Shown here: in pieces, positions 28,062-37,207 of the stretch
How the letters are laid out: each line of letters starts with the position of its first letter
Position numbering within the stretch: position 1 is the first letter of the stretch
The notes under the pieces: generated by a model
What the model was told of the DNA's origin: nothing
Database searches by the model: none
What the model saw: only the letters and a program-made list of their open reading frames with translations
Program-made: the position numbers and the translations under genes
Origin: an uncultured Candidatus Saccharibacteria bacterium
GTDB lineage: Bacteria; Patescibacteriota; Minisyncoccia; Phycocordibacterales; WO2-35-19
Reading direction: 5' to 3'
Length of the DNA: 64,000 nt
Assembly (NCBI GenBank): GCA_964589445.1
Contig: CAZPQX010000002.1
Span: forward strand, 352 to 64,351

Positions 28062-29294
28062 ATGTCTGGTTTTTTTGATAGCGAACTGTGGGATTTATTT
28101 TTAGTTGCTCTAAAGTACGCATATCGTTTTATGCCACTTTGGCTTCCTCTTATACTTTTGTATTTGCTTTTTAATGCTTGGATTTATTACAAAAGGACAA
28201 AATACTTGAGCTCTCTCGGGTATAAACTTCTCGAAATAAAACTACCAAGAGAAATACTCAAATCTCCTGCTGCTATGGAAATAGTGCTAGGTACTTTTTC
28301 TCAGGGCGGAGGAGAGAGTACTTGGATAGATAGGATCTGGAATGGTAAGACGAGGGATTGGTTTTCTCTTGAGATAGTCTCAAGAGAGGGCGAAGTGCAT
28401 TTTTATATTTGGACAAGACCGAAGTACAAAAAGGTTATAGAAACACAAATATATTCTCAGTATCCAGGAGTCGAGATTTACGAAGTGCCTGACTACACAC
28501 TTCCTTTTTATTATGACAAAGAAAAAATAGAAATTTGGGGGGCTGATTTTGTGCTTACCAAAGCCGACCCATACCCAATAAAAACCTATGTTGACTACGG
28601 ACTAGATAAAGACCCCAAGGAGGAATTTAAAATTGATCCGATGACTCCGCTTGTAGAATTTATGGGTTCTATCACCCAAGGTCAGCATATATGGGTGCAA
28701 ATAATGATCAGGGCGCATAAGAAGAGGAGAATCTGGGATCTTTTTGATGAAAAAGAAGATGCTTGGGTAGAGGAAGCCAAAACAGAAAAAGAAAAGATAC
28801 TTGCTAAGTTGAAGTCTGATAAGGATGCTGGGTTTCCTAGGATACCTACTAAAATTGAAGGGGACACCATAGCAGCCCTCGAAAGAAGTGTCACCAAGCT
28901 TCCTTTTGATTGCGGTATAAGGGCCATTTATATAGCAGACAAAGATAAATTTAGTTCTTCAAACATAGGTGGTATCACTGGCGCTTGGAAGCAGTATGGC
29001 TCTGCAAACCTAAATGGCTTCAAACCAGCTGGTTGGATGACTATATTTGACTACCCTTGGCAAGAATGGGGAGGCAAAAAAGATGCACTTAAACCTATAT
29101 TGCTAGAAGAGTATAAGCTACGTCGTTACTTTCATTCTACAAATATGGGCGCTGATTTTTATAGCAAACCTTTTGTACTCAATGTTGAAGAGCTTGCCAC
29201 TATATTTCACTTCCCAGGCGCAGTACTCGCTACACCTACATTTACTAGACTTCCATCCAAGAAATCCAATGCACCTTCTAATCTTCCAATATGA
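28062..29294 (+). CDS. hypothetical membrane-anchored protein, translationally coupled to mltG
   Basis: N-terminal TM. 410 aa. Stop overlaps the mltG start (ATGA). Confidence 0.5.
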   Translation: MSGFFDSELWDLFLVALKYAYRFMPLWLPLILLYLLFNAWIYYKRTKYLSSLGYKLLEIKLPREILKSPAAMEIVLGTFSQGGGESTWIDRIWNGKTRDWFSLEIVSREGEVHFYIWTRPKYKKVIETQIYSQYPGVEIYEVPDYTLPFYYDKEKIEIWGADFVLTKADPYPIKTYVDYGLDKDPKEEFKIDPMTPLVEFMGSITQGQHIWVQIMIRAHKKRRIWDLFDEKEDAWVEEAKTEKEKILAKLKSDKDAGFPRIPTKIEGDTIAALERSVTKLPFDCGIRAIYIADKDKFSSSNIGGITGAWKQYGSANLNGFKPAGWMTIFDYPWQEWGGKKDALKPILLEEYKLRRYFHSTNMGADFYSKPFVLNVEELATIFHFPGAVLATPTFTRLPSKKSNAPSNLPI

Positions 29295-30409
29295 TGAAAT
29301 TGAAAGTTTTATTTGAAAAGATTTTTTCTAAATTTGGCAATACATACGAATGGCTCAGGTACAAACTTGAATTGTTGCGTTTGGCTATAAGTACACACCC
29401 GAGATTTATCATTTTTAGGCTAGAACTCTTTAGATGGTTTCCGTTTCTCTCTAAAAATATTTTTAAGGTTATCTCTGTTTCTTTTGTCGCTGTTTTTTTC
29501 TTTCTGATTTTTTATGTTATCAGTTGGCGCTCTCCGTCTCCATTTCCTGATCATGTGCTCGTGACAGTGGAAAGAGGTGAGTCTTTGGGGCAGATAGCTA
29601 CACACTTGAAAGAAAAGCGGGTGATAAGGTCGGAGTTTTGGCTCAAAGTTTTTGTAACCCTGATGGGTGGTCAAAATAAAGTGATAGCGGGTGACTACTA
29701 CTTCCCAGACCCTAAAAATATCTTTGAGGTTTCGAGCACTTTGCGTAGGGGGAGGTTTGGCCTTATCTCAGTCAGGGTCACTTTGCATGAAGGCTTGTCT
29801 TCTATTGAAATGGCAGACATTTTAGAAAAGGAACTGCCGGCATTTAGCAAAGAAGATTTTATTTCTGAAGTCGAGAGCTCTGGATTTGAGGGTTATCTTT
29901 TCCCTGACACTTACTTCTTTTTGCCAAATACAAAAGCAAGTGACGTGATACTCACCATGCGTGAAAATTTCGCAAGACAAGTCGCCCCTTTTGAGGAAGA
30001 TATTTTAAATTCAGGCAAGTCAATGAACGACCTCGTGATCATGGCATCGATCGTTGAAGATGAGGCAAATAGTGCTATAGATACAAAGAGGATAGTCGCA
30101 GGTATTCTTTGGAAAAGATTGCGTATAGAAATGCCGCTACAGGTTGACGCACCATTTGTCTACTATAATGGCAAAAATAGCTACACTTTGAGTCTAGAAG
30201 ATTTGAAGGAAGACCATCCTTATAACACTTATGTAAATAAGGGGCTGCCTCCGACTGCTATCACCAACCCAGGGATTGATTCGATAAGGGCGGCTATCGC
30301 TCCTACCAATACCGACTATTTATTTTTTATGTCAGACAAGAGTGGCAATATGTACTACGCAGCAGATTTTGACGGACATCAGCACAACAGAGAGAGGTAT
30401 TTGAGGTAG
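29291..30409 (+). CDS. mltG: endolytic murein transglycosylase MltG (YceG family)
   Basis: N-terminal TM, LysM-like region, YceG motifs (LQVDAPFVYY, GLPPTAITNPG). Confidence 0.8.
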   Translation: MMKLKVLFEKIFSKFGNTYEWLRYKLELLRLAISTHPRFIIFRLELFRWFPFLSKNIFKVISVSFVAVFFFLIFYVISWRSPSPFPDHVLVTVERGESLGQIATHLKEKRVIRSEFWLKVFVTLMGGQNKVIAGDYYFPDPKNIFEVSSTLRRGRFGLISVRVTLHEGLSSIEMADILEKELPAFSKEDFISEVESSGFEGYLFPDTYFFLPNTKASDVILTMRENFARQVAPFEEDILNSGKSMNDLVIMASIVEDEANSAIDTKRIVAGILWKRLRIEMPLQVDAPFVYYNGKNSYTLSLEDLKEDHPYNTYVNKGLPPTAITNPGIDSIRAAIAPTNTDYLFFMSDKSGNMYYAADFDGHQHNRERYLR

Positions 30410-30422
30410 TGTCGGATGTAAA

Positions 30423-30541
30423 CCCAAAAAACCAAAAACACTACTCCTTCTGCGTTAGGTCATAAGCCTGCCCGCCATGCTTCGCAAGGCGATGCGGGCG
30501 GGGTTTTAGGCTCTTGAAGAAGTGTGTTTTTGGTTTTTTGG
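30423..30541. repeat. 19-bp perfect inverted repeat (cccaaaaaaccaaaaacac) flanking an 81-nt spacer with an inner GC hairpin
   Basis: Arms 30423-30441 and 30523-30541. Inner cctgcccgcc...gcgggcgggg hairpin. Confidence 0.6.
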
Positions 30542-30552
30542 GAAATAAAATA

Positions 30553-30591
30553 TAAAAAGTTGCGCTCCGCTCGTTCTTCACGAGCGGAGCG
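30553..30591 (-). terminator. intrinsic terminator for the minus-strand 130-aa gene
   Basis: gcgctccgctcg-ttcttca-cgagcggagcg 11-bp stem with a T-run on the minus strand. Confidence 0.7.
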
Positions 30592-30600
30592 GTTTCAGTG

Positions 30601-30993
30601 TTAGGCCGGGATCTGGGCTGGGGCGAATAATTGCTCGAATATCTCATCTGACGGGCATGGTGACATGCCGTTCAGGGAGAGGAATGGGGTGCTCCCTGCA
30701 AATACAGGTCGCAGCCAGTAAAACACGATGCTCCTGGGGAGCACACTTGCTCCATCTTCTAAAGTCGTCACCAGCCTTACTTGCCACATTTCAGCCGGGG
30801 GTTTTGGTGACACCCGACTAGTTCCGGTAGCCTCTATTCGGGCCACTATATTCTTTTTTGAGATGTGGTTGCCATAGTAACTTTGCACAGACATTAGCAG
30901 ATTTGTACCTGCTCCGTGCAACGCATCATTTGCGATATACCAGGTTCCCAAGGGTTCCCCAGGGAAAGTGATCCCTGATTCGATTCTGAACAT
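30601..30993 (-). CDS. GC-rich hypothetical protein (130 aa)
   Basis: AGGAGG SD 6 nt upstream of ATG. About 52% GC. Lone minus-strand gene. Confidence 0.5.
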   Translation of the reverse strand: MFRIESGITFPGEPLGTWYIANDALHGAGTNLLMSVQSYYGNHISKKNIVARIEATGTSRVSPKPPAEMWQVRLVTTLEDGASVLPRSIVFYWLRPVFAGSTPFLSLNGMSPCPSDEIFEQLFAPAQIPA

Positions 30994-31030
30994 GTTGCCA
31001 ACCTCCTGTTTTTAGATTAAAATAGAAATA

Positions 31031-32284
31031 ATGAAAAGTCAAGGAAAAAAAGTCATAGATCCTGAGCGAAGTCGAAGGGTTTTTGTAGGCCTTTCGGGCG
31101 GGGTGGACTCGGCTGTTTCTGCTGCACTCCTCAAGAGCCAGGGTTTTGATGTGACTGGAGTTTTTATCAAGGCTTGGTCACCTCCTGGCTTCGTCTGTAC
31201 ATGGAAAGAAGACAGAAGGAGCGCCATGAGAGCGGCGGCTGTTTTGGATATCCCATTTCTCACTCTTGATTTGGAAAAGGAATACAAAAAGGATGTTGTG
31301 GACTATATGATACGAGAATATAGAGAAGGCAAGACTCCCAACCCTGACGTAATGTGCAATAAGGAAATAAAGTTTGGGCACTTTTTGAAATTTGCTCTCG
31401 AAAATGGCGCTGACTACGTGGCGACGGGGCATTACGCTCGAGTCCATGCAAGTCAGGAGTTGCGAGGAGAAGGTTCTCTCAAAAAGTCCTCGGGTTCCTT
31501 CCCTTCGGTCGGCCAGACTTTTATCGAGAACTTTTCTGTCCTGTTGCTTGAGGGAAAAGATAAGAACAAAGACCAATCATATTTTCTCTGGACACTAACA
31601 CAAGATCAGCTAAAGCACACACTTTTCCCGATTGGGCACTTGGAAAAGTCAGAAGTAAGGAAGCTTGCTCACAAATTTGGTTTGCCTCAAGAAACACGCA
31701 AAGACAGTCAAGGACTCTGCTTCCTCGGCAAGATAGACATGAAAGAATTCTTGAAGGAATATCTCGATGTTAAAAAAGGGGATGTATTGAATGAAAACGG
31801 TGAGGTGATAGGTGAGCATGATGGTGCAGAGCTTTTCACTTTAGGAGAAAGGCACGGGTTTAGTATTTTTAAACAAACAGGTGAGCCAATGTATGTGGTG
31901 AGCAAGGATGTTGAAAAAAATACTATTACGATTGCAGTGAAATATAATTTTGATGAGAAAAATGAGACGGCAGAGCAGGAAAGCTCCTCCTCAAAAAGTC
32001 CTCGGTCCCTCGCCCAGGGCTCAGCCAGACTTTTTTCAGAGGACTTTCCTGCTCTGCCTAGGCGAATTTATTCACAAAACTGGATTTCGGGCGAGGAACC
32101 GAAGGAAGAAATCGAGTGCAGGCTTCGTTATAGGCAGACAAAAATAAAGTGCAGGGTAGAGGGGGATAATTTATTTTTGACAGATGGGGAAATAGTGGCT
32201 CCTGGTCAATCAGTTGTTTTTTATGGGCCTGCCTCTTCGGCGGAAATAAGTGAAATTTGCCTTGGTGGTGCTATAATAGCCTAG
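31031..32284 (+). CDS. mnmA: tRNA-specific 2-thiouridylase MnmA (with two in-frame palindromic insertions)
   Basis: VGLSGGVDSAVSA PP-loop, KDQSYFL, C-terminal PGQSVVFY...CLGGAII. Two insert regions relative to canonical MnmA. Confidence 0.85.
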   Translation: MKSQGKKVIDPERSRRVFVGLSGGVDSAVSAALLKSQGFDVTGVFIKAWSPPGFVCTWKEDRRSAMRAAAVLDIPFLTLDLEKEYKKDVVDYMIREYREGKTPNPDVMCNKEIKFGHFLKFALENGADYVATGHYARVHASQELRGEGSLKKSSGSFPSVGQTFIENFSVLLLEGKDKNKDQSYFLWTLTQDQLKHTLFPIGHLEKSEVRKLAHKFGLPQETRKDSQGLCFLGKIDMKEFLKEYLDVKKGDVLNENGEVIGEHDGAELFTLGERHGFSIFKQTGEPMYVVSKDVEKNTITIAVKYNFDEKNETAEQESSSSKSPRSLAQGSARLFSEDFPALPRRIYSQNWISGEEPKEEIECRLRYRQTKIKCRVEGDNLFLTDGEIVAPGQSVVFYGPASSAEISEICLGGAIIA

Positions 32285-32304
32285 TAAATTAGGCATTATA
32301 GATT

Positions 32305-33141
32305 ATGAAAGAAAAAATATTAATTACAAAAGCGACAGGCGAAAGGGAAAATTTTGATTCAAATAAACTCAGGAGTTCTCTTCTTAGATCGAGGGCTGAG
32401 CCAAATATCGTAGATGATATTATAGGTAGGGTAGAGCTTGAGCTTAGAGACGGCATGACTACTGCCGAAATATACAGGAATGCTTTTGCCTTACTTAAAG
32501 AAAAACACGTAAAAGCATCTGTTAGGTATTCACTTCGTAACGCGGTGATGGACATGGGGCCGACTGGTTTCCCATTTGAGAAACTTATAGCAGAGATTTG
32601 GCGAGCAAAAGGTTTTGAAAGTACTACTGACTATATAGCAAAGGGTAAATGTGTCGACCATGAGATAGATGTGGCTGCTTGGAATAATGAAAAGCTCATC
32701 ATGATAGAAGCTAAATTTCATAATGAGTTTGGTATAAAGTCTGATCTCAAAACTGTTTTGTATGTAAACTCGAGATGGGCTGATCTGGAAGGCGAAGTTT
32801 TTGACGGGATTTTGGGAGGCAGGAAACTTAGTGAAGGTTGGCTTATCACAAATACAAAATTTACTGAGCAGGCTATAAAATATGCGCAGTGTAGAAAAAT
32901 GAATTTGATTGGTTGGAATTACCCAGAGACAGGCAATTTGCAGGATTTGATAGAAGATAGCGGCATGCACCCGATCACTTCTTTGAAAAGTATTGGTCCG
33001 AGAGAAGAGAGGCTCCTCATGGAGGCGGGTATCGTGCTTTGCAACCAAGCAAAAGAAAATCAAGATGTGGTAAGACAGGCAGGTATCACGGGTGAAAAAT
33101 TTGTAGAAATGATGCAAGAAATAGATTTGATACAGCAATGA
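32305..33141 (+). CDS. ATP-cone domain fused to Mrr-like restriction-endonuclease fold with C-terminal HhH
   Basis: N-terminal ATP-cone (KILITKATGERENFDSNKL). FEKLIAEIW...DHEIDVAAW...IEAK PD-(D/E)xK. LKSIGPREERLLMEAGI HhH. Confidence 0.6.
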   Translation: MKEKILITKATGERENFDSNKLRSSLLRSRAEPNIVDDIIGRVELELRDGMTTAEIYRNAFALLKEKHVKASVRYSLRNAVMDMGPTGFPFEKLIAEIWRAKGFESTTDYIAKGKCVDHEIDVAAWNNEKLIMIEAKFHNEFGIKSDLKTVLYVNSRWADLEGEVFDGILGGRKLSEGWLITNTKFTEQAIKYAQCRKMNLIGWNYPETGNLQDLIEDSGMHPITSLKSIGPREERLLMEAGIVLCNQAKENQDVVRQAGITGEKFVEMMQEIDLIQQ

Positions 33142-33866
33142 GTTTTTATAAAAAAAAGTTATATGAGCCTGATTCTAAGGAATATTTCAAAGTAAGTCGA
33201 TCAAAAATCGATTTATTTGTTGAGTGTCCGAGGTGTTTTTATTTGGATAGAAGGGTGGGGGTGTCGAGGCCCCAAGGCTTTCCTTTCAACTTAAACAGTG
33301 CCGTCGACCTACTTCTTAAAAAAGAATTTGATATTCATAGAAAGCAAAAAACTCCTCATCCACTCATGGATAGCTACGGTATAGAAGCCGTGCCTTTTGA
33401 AGATAAGAGGATGGATGAATGGAGGGAAAACTTTGTCGGGGTCCAGGCTTTTCATAAACCAACAAACTTTTTGGTTTTTGGTGCCGTGGATGATTTGTGG
33501 GTAAACAAGCAGGGAGAAATTATGGTTGTCGACTACAAGGCGACCAGCAAAGATGGGGAAGTGGGGCTCGACGCTGAGTGGCAGGGAGGGTACAAGAGGC
33601 AGATGGAGGTGTACCAGTGGCTCCTCCGGGGCAATGATTTGAAAGTTTCTGACACTGGGTATTTTGTTTATGCAAACGGCAAGAGAGATAGGGAGGCTTT
33701 CGAGGGTAAGCTCGAGTTTGATATAAAGATAATTTCTTATACTGGTAGTACTGAATGGGTAGAAGAAACTTTGGAAAAAATGAAAAAGTGTTTGGATGGT
33801 GACCTGCCAAAATGCTCACCAAATTGTGAGTATTGTAAGTATGTTTCCGAGGCTGCAAAGTCATAA
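33138..33866 (+). CDS. PD-(D/E)XK nuclease, Cas4/RecB-like with four-Cys (Fe-S) cluster
   Basis: N-terminal CPRC. VVDYKAT (D..K), QMEVYQW (QxxxY), C-terminal CLDGDLPKCSPNCEYC. Start overlaps the upstream gene. Confidence 0.65.
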   Translation: MSFYKKKLYEPDSKEYFKVSRSKIDLFVECPRCFYLDRRVGVSRPQGFPFNLNSAVDLLLKKEFDIHRKQKTPHPLMDSYGIEAVPFEDKRMDEWRENFVGVQAFHKPTNFLVFGAVDDLWVNKQGEIMVVDYKATSKDGEVGLDAEWQGGYKRQMEVYQWLLRGNDLKVSDTGYFVYANGKRDREAFEGKLEFDIKIISYTGSTEWVEETLEKMKKCLDGDLPKCSPNCEYCKYVSEAAKS

Positions 33867-33883
33867 AAAACCAGAAAAGAAAA

Positions 33884-33960
33884 AACCTGAAGTAAAATTT
33901 TGATCTCCGTGGGAACCCTTTAGGGAGGAGGAGTCAGAATTTTACTTCAGGTTTTTTTTG
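33884..33960 (+). terminator. long-armed hairpin terminator
   Basis: 16-bp arms aacctgaagtaaaatt / aattttacttcaggtt, about 37-nt spacer, T8. Confidence 0.6.
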
Positions 33961-34232
33961 GAAATTTGGATAAAAAAAGGCGGACCAACTGCGTCCGCTC
34001 TCATGTCTTGTTAGGCGTGCTTTTTGGGACGGACCCTCTTCTTTCTCTCCTCTTCCTCTTTGTTGTCTTGCGCTGTTTCTCGCGCAAGGAGTTCTGTAAG
34101 GGGAAAAGAGTTGAAGGGTCTCTGGTGGGGAGCACGCCTACCGTATACGACTTGGCTTTTGTACAGCCTATCCAACCCTTTAAGAGTGTGCATGTCTACT
34201 CCTACCAAAATGCTATAATTTTTGAAACTAAA

Positions 34233-34493
34233 ATGCAAAGGAAAACTTTTAAACAAAAAGTACTGGAGGTAGTGAGTAAAATTCCAAAAGGAAAAATCAT
34301 GACTTACAAAGAAGTCGCCAAGAAGGCAGGCAGCCCCAATGCGAGTCGTGCTGTAGGTAGTGTTTTGAAGACCAATTTTGACCCTAGCATCCCATGCCAC
34401 AGGGTCATAAGGAGTGATGGTGTCACGGGCGAGTACAATAGGGGGCGAGAAAATAAAATCAAACTATTAAAAGCAGAAGGGGCGCTACTCTAA
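34233..34493 (+). CDS. ogt: methylated-DNA-protein-cysteine methyltransferase, stand-alone catalytic/DNA-binding domain
   Basis: IPCHRVI active-site motif. TATAAT at 34214-34219 just upstream. The longer ORF upstream has a non-protein-like N-terminus. Confidence 0.7.
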   Translation: MQRKTFKQKVLEVVSKIPKGKIMTYKEVAKKAGSPNASRAVGSVLKTNFDPSIPCHRVIRSDGVTGEYNRGRENKIKLLKAEGALL

Positions 34494-34641
34494 GTGTGCG
34501 TCCCTGTCACGAATTCGAATATTACTCCAAAAATACTCAAAACAATAATTATAATCAGCATCAAGGATGCGAAACTGACCTGCGGTTCCTTGAGATTTTT
34601 TTCATGTTGCACCTCTTTTTCTTTTATAACATAATTTCCAC

Positions 34642-35247
34642 ATGACTAATACTACAGAAGATAGGAAAGAGCTCATGAAGCAAATAAGGGACGAGGTGGT
34701 GGCTCTCAAAAATTCTCCGCTATACAAATTTCGTATTGAAAATAAAAACTTGCCGGTGATTGGCGAGGGTAGCCACTCGGCCAAAATCATGTTTATAGGT
34801 GAAGCCCCAGGGAGGAACGAAGCCAAAACGGGGCGGCCTTTTTGCGGTAGAGCAGGCGAAATATTCAACAAACTTTTAGAAAGTGTCGGTATTAAAAGAG
34901 AAGATGTGTATGTGACAAATATTGTTAAGGATAGGCCGCCACAAAATAGGGATCCACTTCCAGAAGAAATAAAAATATATGGGCCATTTCTCGATAGGCA
35001 GATAGAGATAGTGAGGCCGGAAGTTATCGCCACGCTTGGCCGCTATGCGATGGGCTATGTCATGCCCAAATTTGATCTTGGTTCGGAACTTGAACCGATA
35101 GGCAAAGCTCACGGCAAAACATACGAAGCGGAGGCAAGCTATGGGAAAATAAAAATCATACCTCTCTATCACCCAGCCGTGGCTGTCTACAACTCCCACA
35201 CTCTCGATATTCTAAAAAAAGATTTTGAAGTTTTGAAAGGGATTTGA
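34642..35247 (+). CDS. udg: uracil-DNA glycosylase, family 4
   Basis: GEGSHSAKIMFIGEAPGRNE motif A. Cys residues. HPA motif near the C-terminus. Confidence 0.8.
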   Translation: MTNTTEDRKELMKQIRDEVVALKNSPLYKFRIENKNLPVIGEGSHSAKIMFIGEAPGRNEAKTGRPFCGRAGEIFNKLLESVGIKREDVYVTNIVKDRPPQNRDPLPEEIKIYGPFLDRQIEIVRPEVIATLGRYAMGYVMPKFDLGSELEPIGKAHGKTYEAEASYGKIKIIPLYHPAVAVYNSHTLDILKKDFEVLKGI

Positions 35248-35259
35248 TTAATACTCGAT

Positions 35260-35389
35260 AAATCTGATGTTCTTTTTCGACATAAGTTTTGTAGTCCACG
35301 GATAAAATTTTGCTAAATTTTTCCTCGTGTTCGGTTCAGTCAACCTCACAAGGGACTCCAAAACTCATGCCTCAACAAACATCAGATTT
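35260..35389. repeat. 12-bp perfect inverted repeat pair flanking 106 nt, upstream of pepF
   Basis: aaatctgatgtt (35260-35271) and aacatcagattt (35378-35389). Confidence 0.4.
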
Positions 35390-35430
35390 GCAAGTTTTGA
35401 GAAAAGGTTAATTTGGAGTAAGATAACAAA

Positions 35431-37206
35431 ATGAACCACAAAACAGAATGGGATTTTTCCCTTATTTACAAAGGAGAGGTAGAGCCTCAAGTTAAAAAAG
35501 ATTTAAGCAATATCAAAAAGGCATATCTTGGCTTTATAAAAAAATACAGCAAAGATAAAAAATATTTGAAAAATGATAAAGCTCTTCGAAAAGCTCTTGA
35601 GGATTATGAGTCGATAGGAAAAAACCCAGCAGGAGAGAGACCATACCTTTATTTTAACTATAAAAGAGCACTCAATTCCTCTGACAACGAATCCCAAGCT
35701 GAGCTTATGAAGCTCTCCAACTTTTTCACCGAGCTATCAAACCAGATGGAGTTCTTTATGCTTGATATCGCTAAAATACCTGCACCAATCCAGAAAAAGT
35801 TTTTGAAGTCCAAGGAGCTTGCTCCTTTCAAATATTTTCTTAAGAAAATATTTGAAAATGCAAAACACAATCTCTCTGAGCCGGAAGAAAAGATAATGAA
35901 TCTCAAGGGTCTCCCTTCTCATGGCATGTGGACTTCAGGTTTCGGAAGAGTCTTAAATAAACAGACTGTAAATTTTGATGGCAAAGATTTGCCGGTATCT
36001 GAAGCGAGCTCTCTCATCCCGACTCTCCCAAAAGAAAAGCGGCACGAATTGCACCAGAAGCTCATGCAAGTTTATAAAGGAGTCTCTGATTTTGCAGAGA
36101 GTGAGATGAATGCGATTGTTACAAACAAGAAAATAAACGACAAACTTCGCGGCTATAAAGTGCCTTTTGAGGCGACTGTTAAGTCTTACGAAAATGATAT
36201 GAAGACTGTGAAGGATTTGGTAGCATCTGTCACCAAAAATTTCTACATTGCTCACAAGTTTTTCAAAATAAAAGCTGAGATGCTTGGCGAGGAGAAACTT
36301 TTTTATCCTGACAGAGCTGCCAAGGTGGGGGACGTAAGTATAAAAATGTCATTTGAAGAAACTGCTTCAAAAACAATTTCTGCCTTCAATTCTGCTGACC
36401 CTGAATTTGGTGCTTTCGTAGAAGAGATGTTTCAAAACGGACAAGTAGATGTCTTCCCAAAAAGAGGGAAGACAGGCGGAGCTTTTTGTTCCTCGAGCTC
36501 TACCCAGCCTATCTTTGTATTACTCAACCATGTAGACGACTTTAGGTCTCTCACCACCTTGGCTCACGAGATGGGCCACGCTTTGCACAGTAAATATTCT
36601 AAAAATCAGAGACCTATTTATGAAGACTACACCATTGCAGTCGCGGAAGTTGCTAGTACATTTTTTGAAAATCTTGTTTTTGAAGACGCTATGCAGGGTC
36701 TCGACGATAAGCAAAAAATGGTCTTGCTGCATGACAAGATAAACGACGACATCTCTACTATATTTCGCCAAATAGCTTGTTTCAATTTTGAAAATGAGCT
36801 GCATGAGACTGTGAGGAAAGAAGGCTTTTTGCCCAAAGAAAAAATAGCTGAGCTCATGAATAAGCACATGGCTAGCTACCTTGGAAATAAGTTTGAAATG
36901 AAAGAAGATGATGGATATTTCTTTGTCTCTTGGTCTCACATAAGAAACTTCTTTTATGTCTACTCATATGCTTTCGGACAGCTTGTCTCAGATAGCCTCT
37001 ATGAAATGTATAAACAAGACAAGTCAAACATTGTAAAAATAAAGAAGTTTCTCTCTGCTGGAGGTTCGGATAGTCCAGAAAATATATTCAAAGCAATCGG
37101 CATAAACCCCGACAAAAAGTTTTTCGAAAAAGGTTTGAAGAAGATCGAACGCAACATCGCTACCCTCGAAAAACTCTGGATATTAAACAGGAGATCATTT
37201 AAGTAA
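35431..37206 (+). CDS. pepF: oligoendopeptidase F (M3 family)
   Basis: HEMGHALH zinc motif and overall M3B architecture. Confidence 0.85.
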   Translation: MNHKTEWDFSLIYKGEVEPQVKKDLSNIKKAYLGFIKKYSKDKKYLKNDKALRKALEDYESIGKNPAGERPYLYFNYKRALNSSDNESQAELMKLSNFFTELSNQMEFFMLDIAKIPAPIQKKFLKSKELAPFKYFLKKIFENAKHNLSEPEEKIMNLKGLPSHGMWTSGFGRVLNKQTVNFDGKDLPVSEASSLIPTLPKEKRHELHQKLMQVYKGVSDFAESEMNAIVTNKKINDKLRGYKVPFEATVKSYENDMKTVKDLVASVTKNFYIAHKFFKIKAEMLGEEKLFYPDRAAKVGDVSIKMSFEETASKTISAFNSADPEFGAFVEEMFQNGQVDVFPKRGKTGGAFCSSSSTQPIFVLLNHVDDFRSLTTLAHEMGHALHSKYSKNQRPIYEDYTIAVAEVASTFFENLVFEDAMQGLDDKQKMVLLHDKINDDISTIFRQIACFNFENELHETVRKEGFLPKEKIAELMNKHMASYLGNKFEMKEDDGYFFVSWSHIRNFFYVYSYAFGQLVSDSLYEMYKQDKSNIVKIKKFLSAGGSDSPENIFKAIGINPDKKFFEKGLKKIERNIATLEKLWILNRRSFK

Positions 37207-37207
37207 G

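Noticed and set aside
33966-34232. Long N-terminal extension of the MGMT ORF (175-aa version)
   Set aside because: The extension is low-complexity and non-protein-like. It contains a GC hairpin and a polypyrimidine tract. TATAAT lies just before the internal ATG at 34233. Weak similarity to the SRP RNA helix-8 motif was noted but is not convincing.
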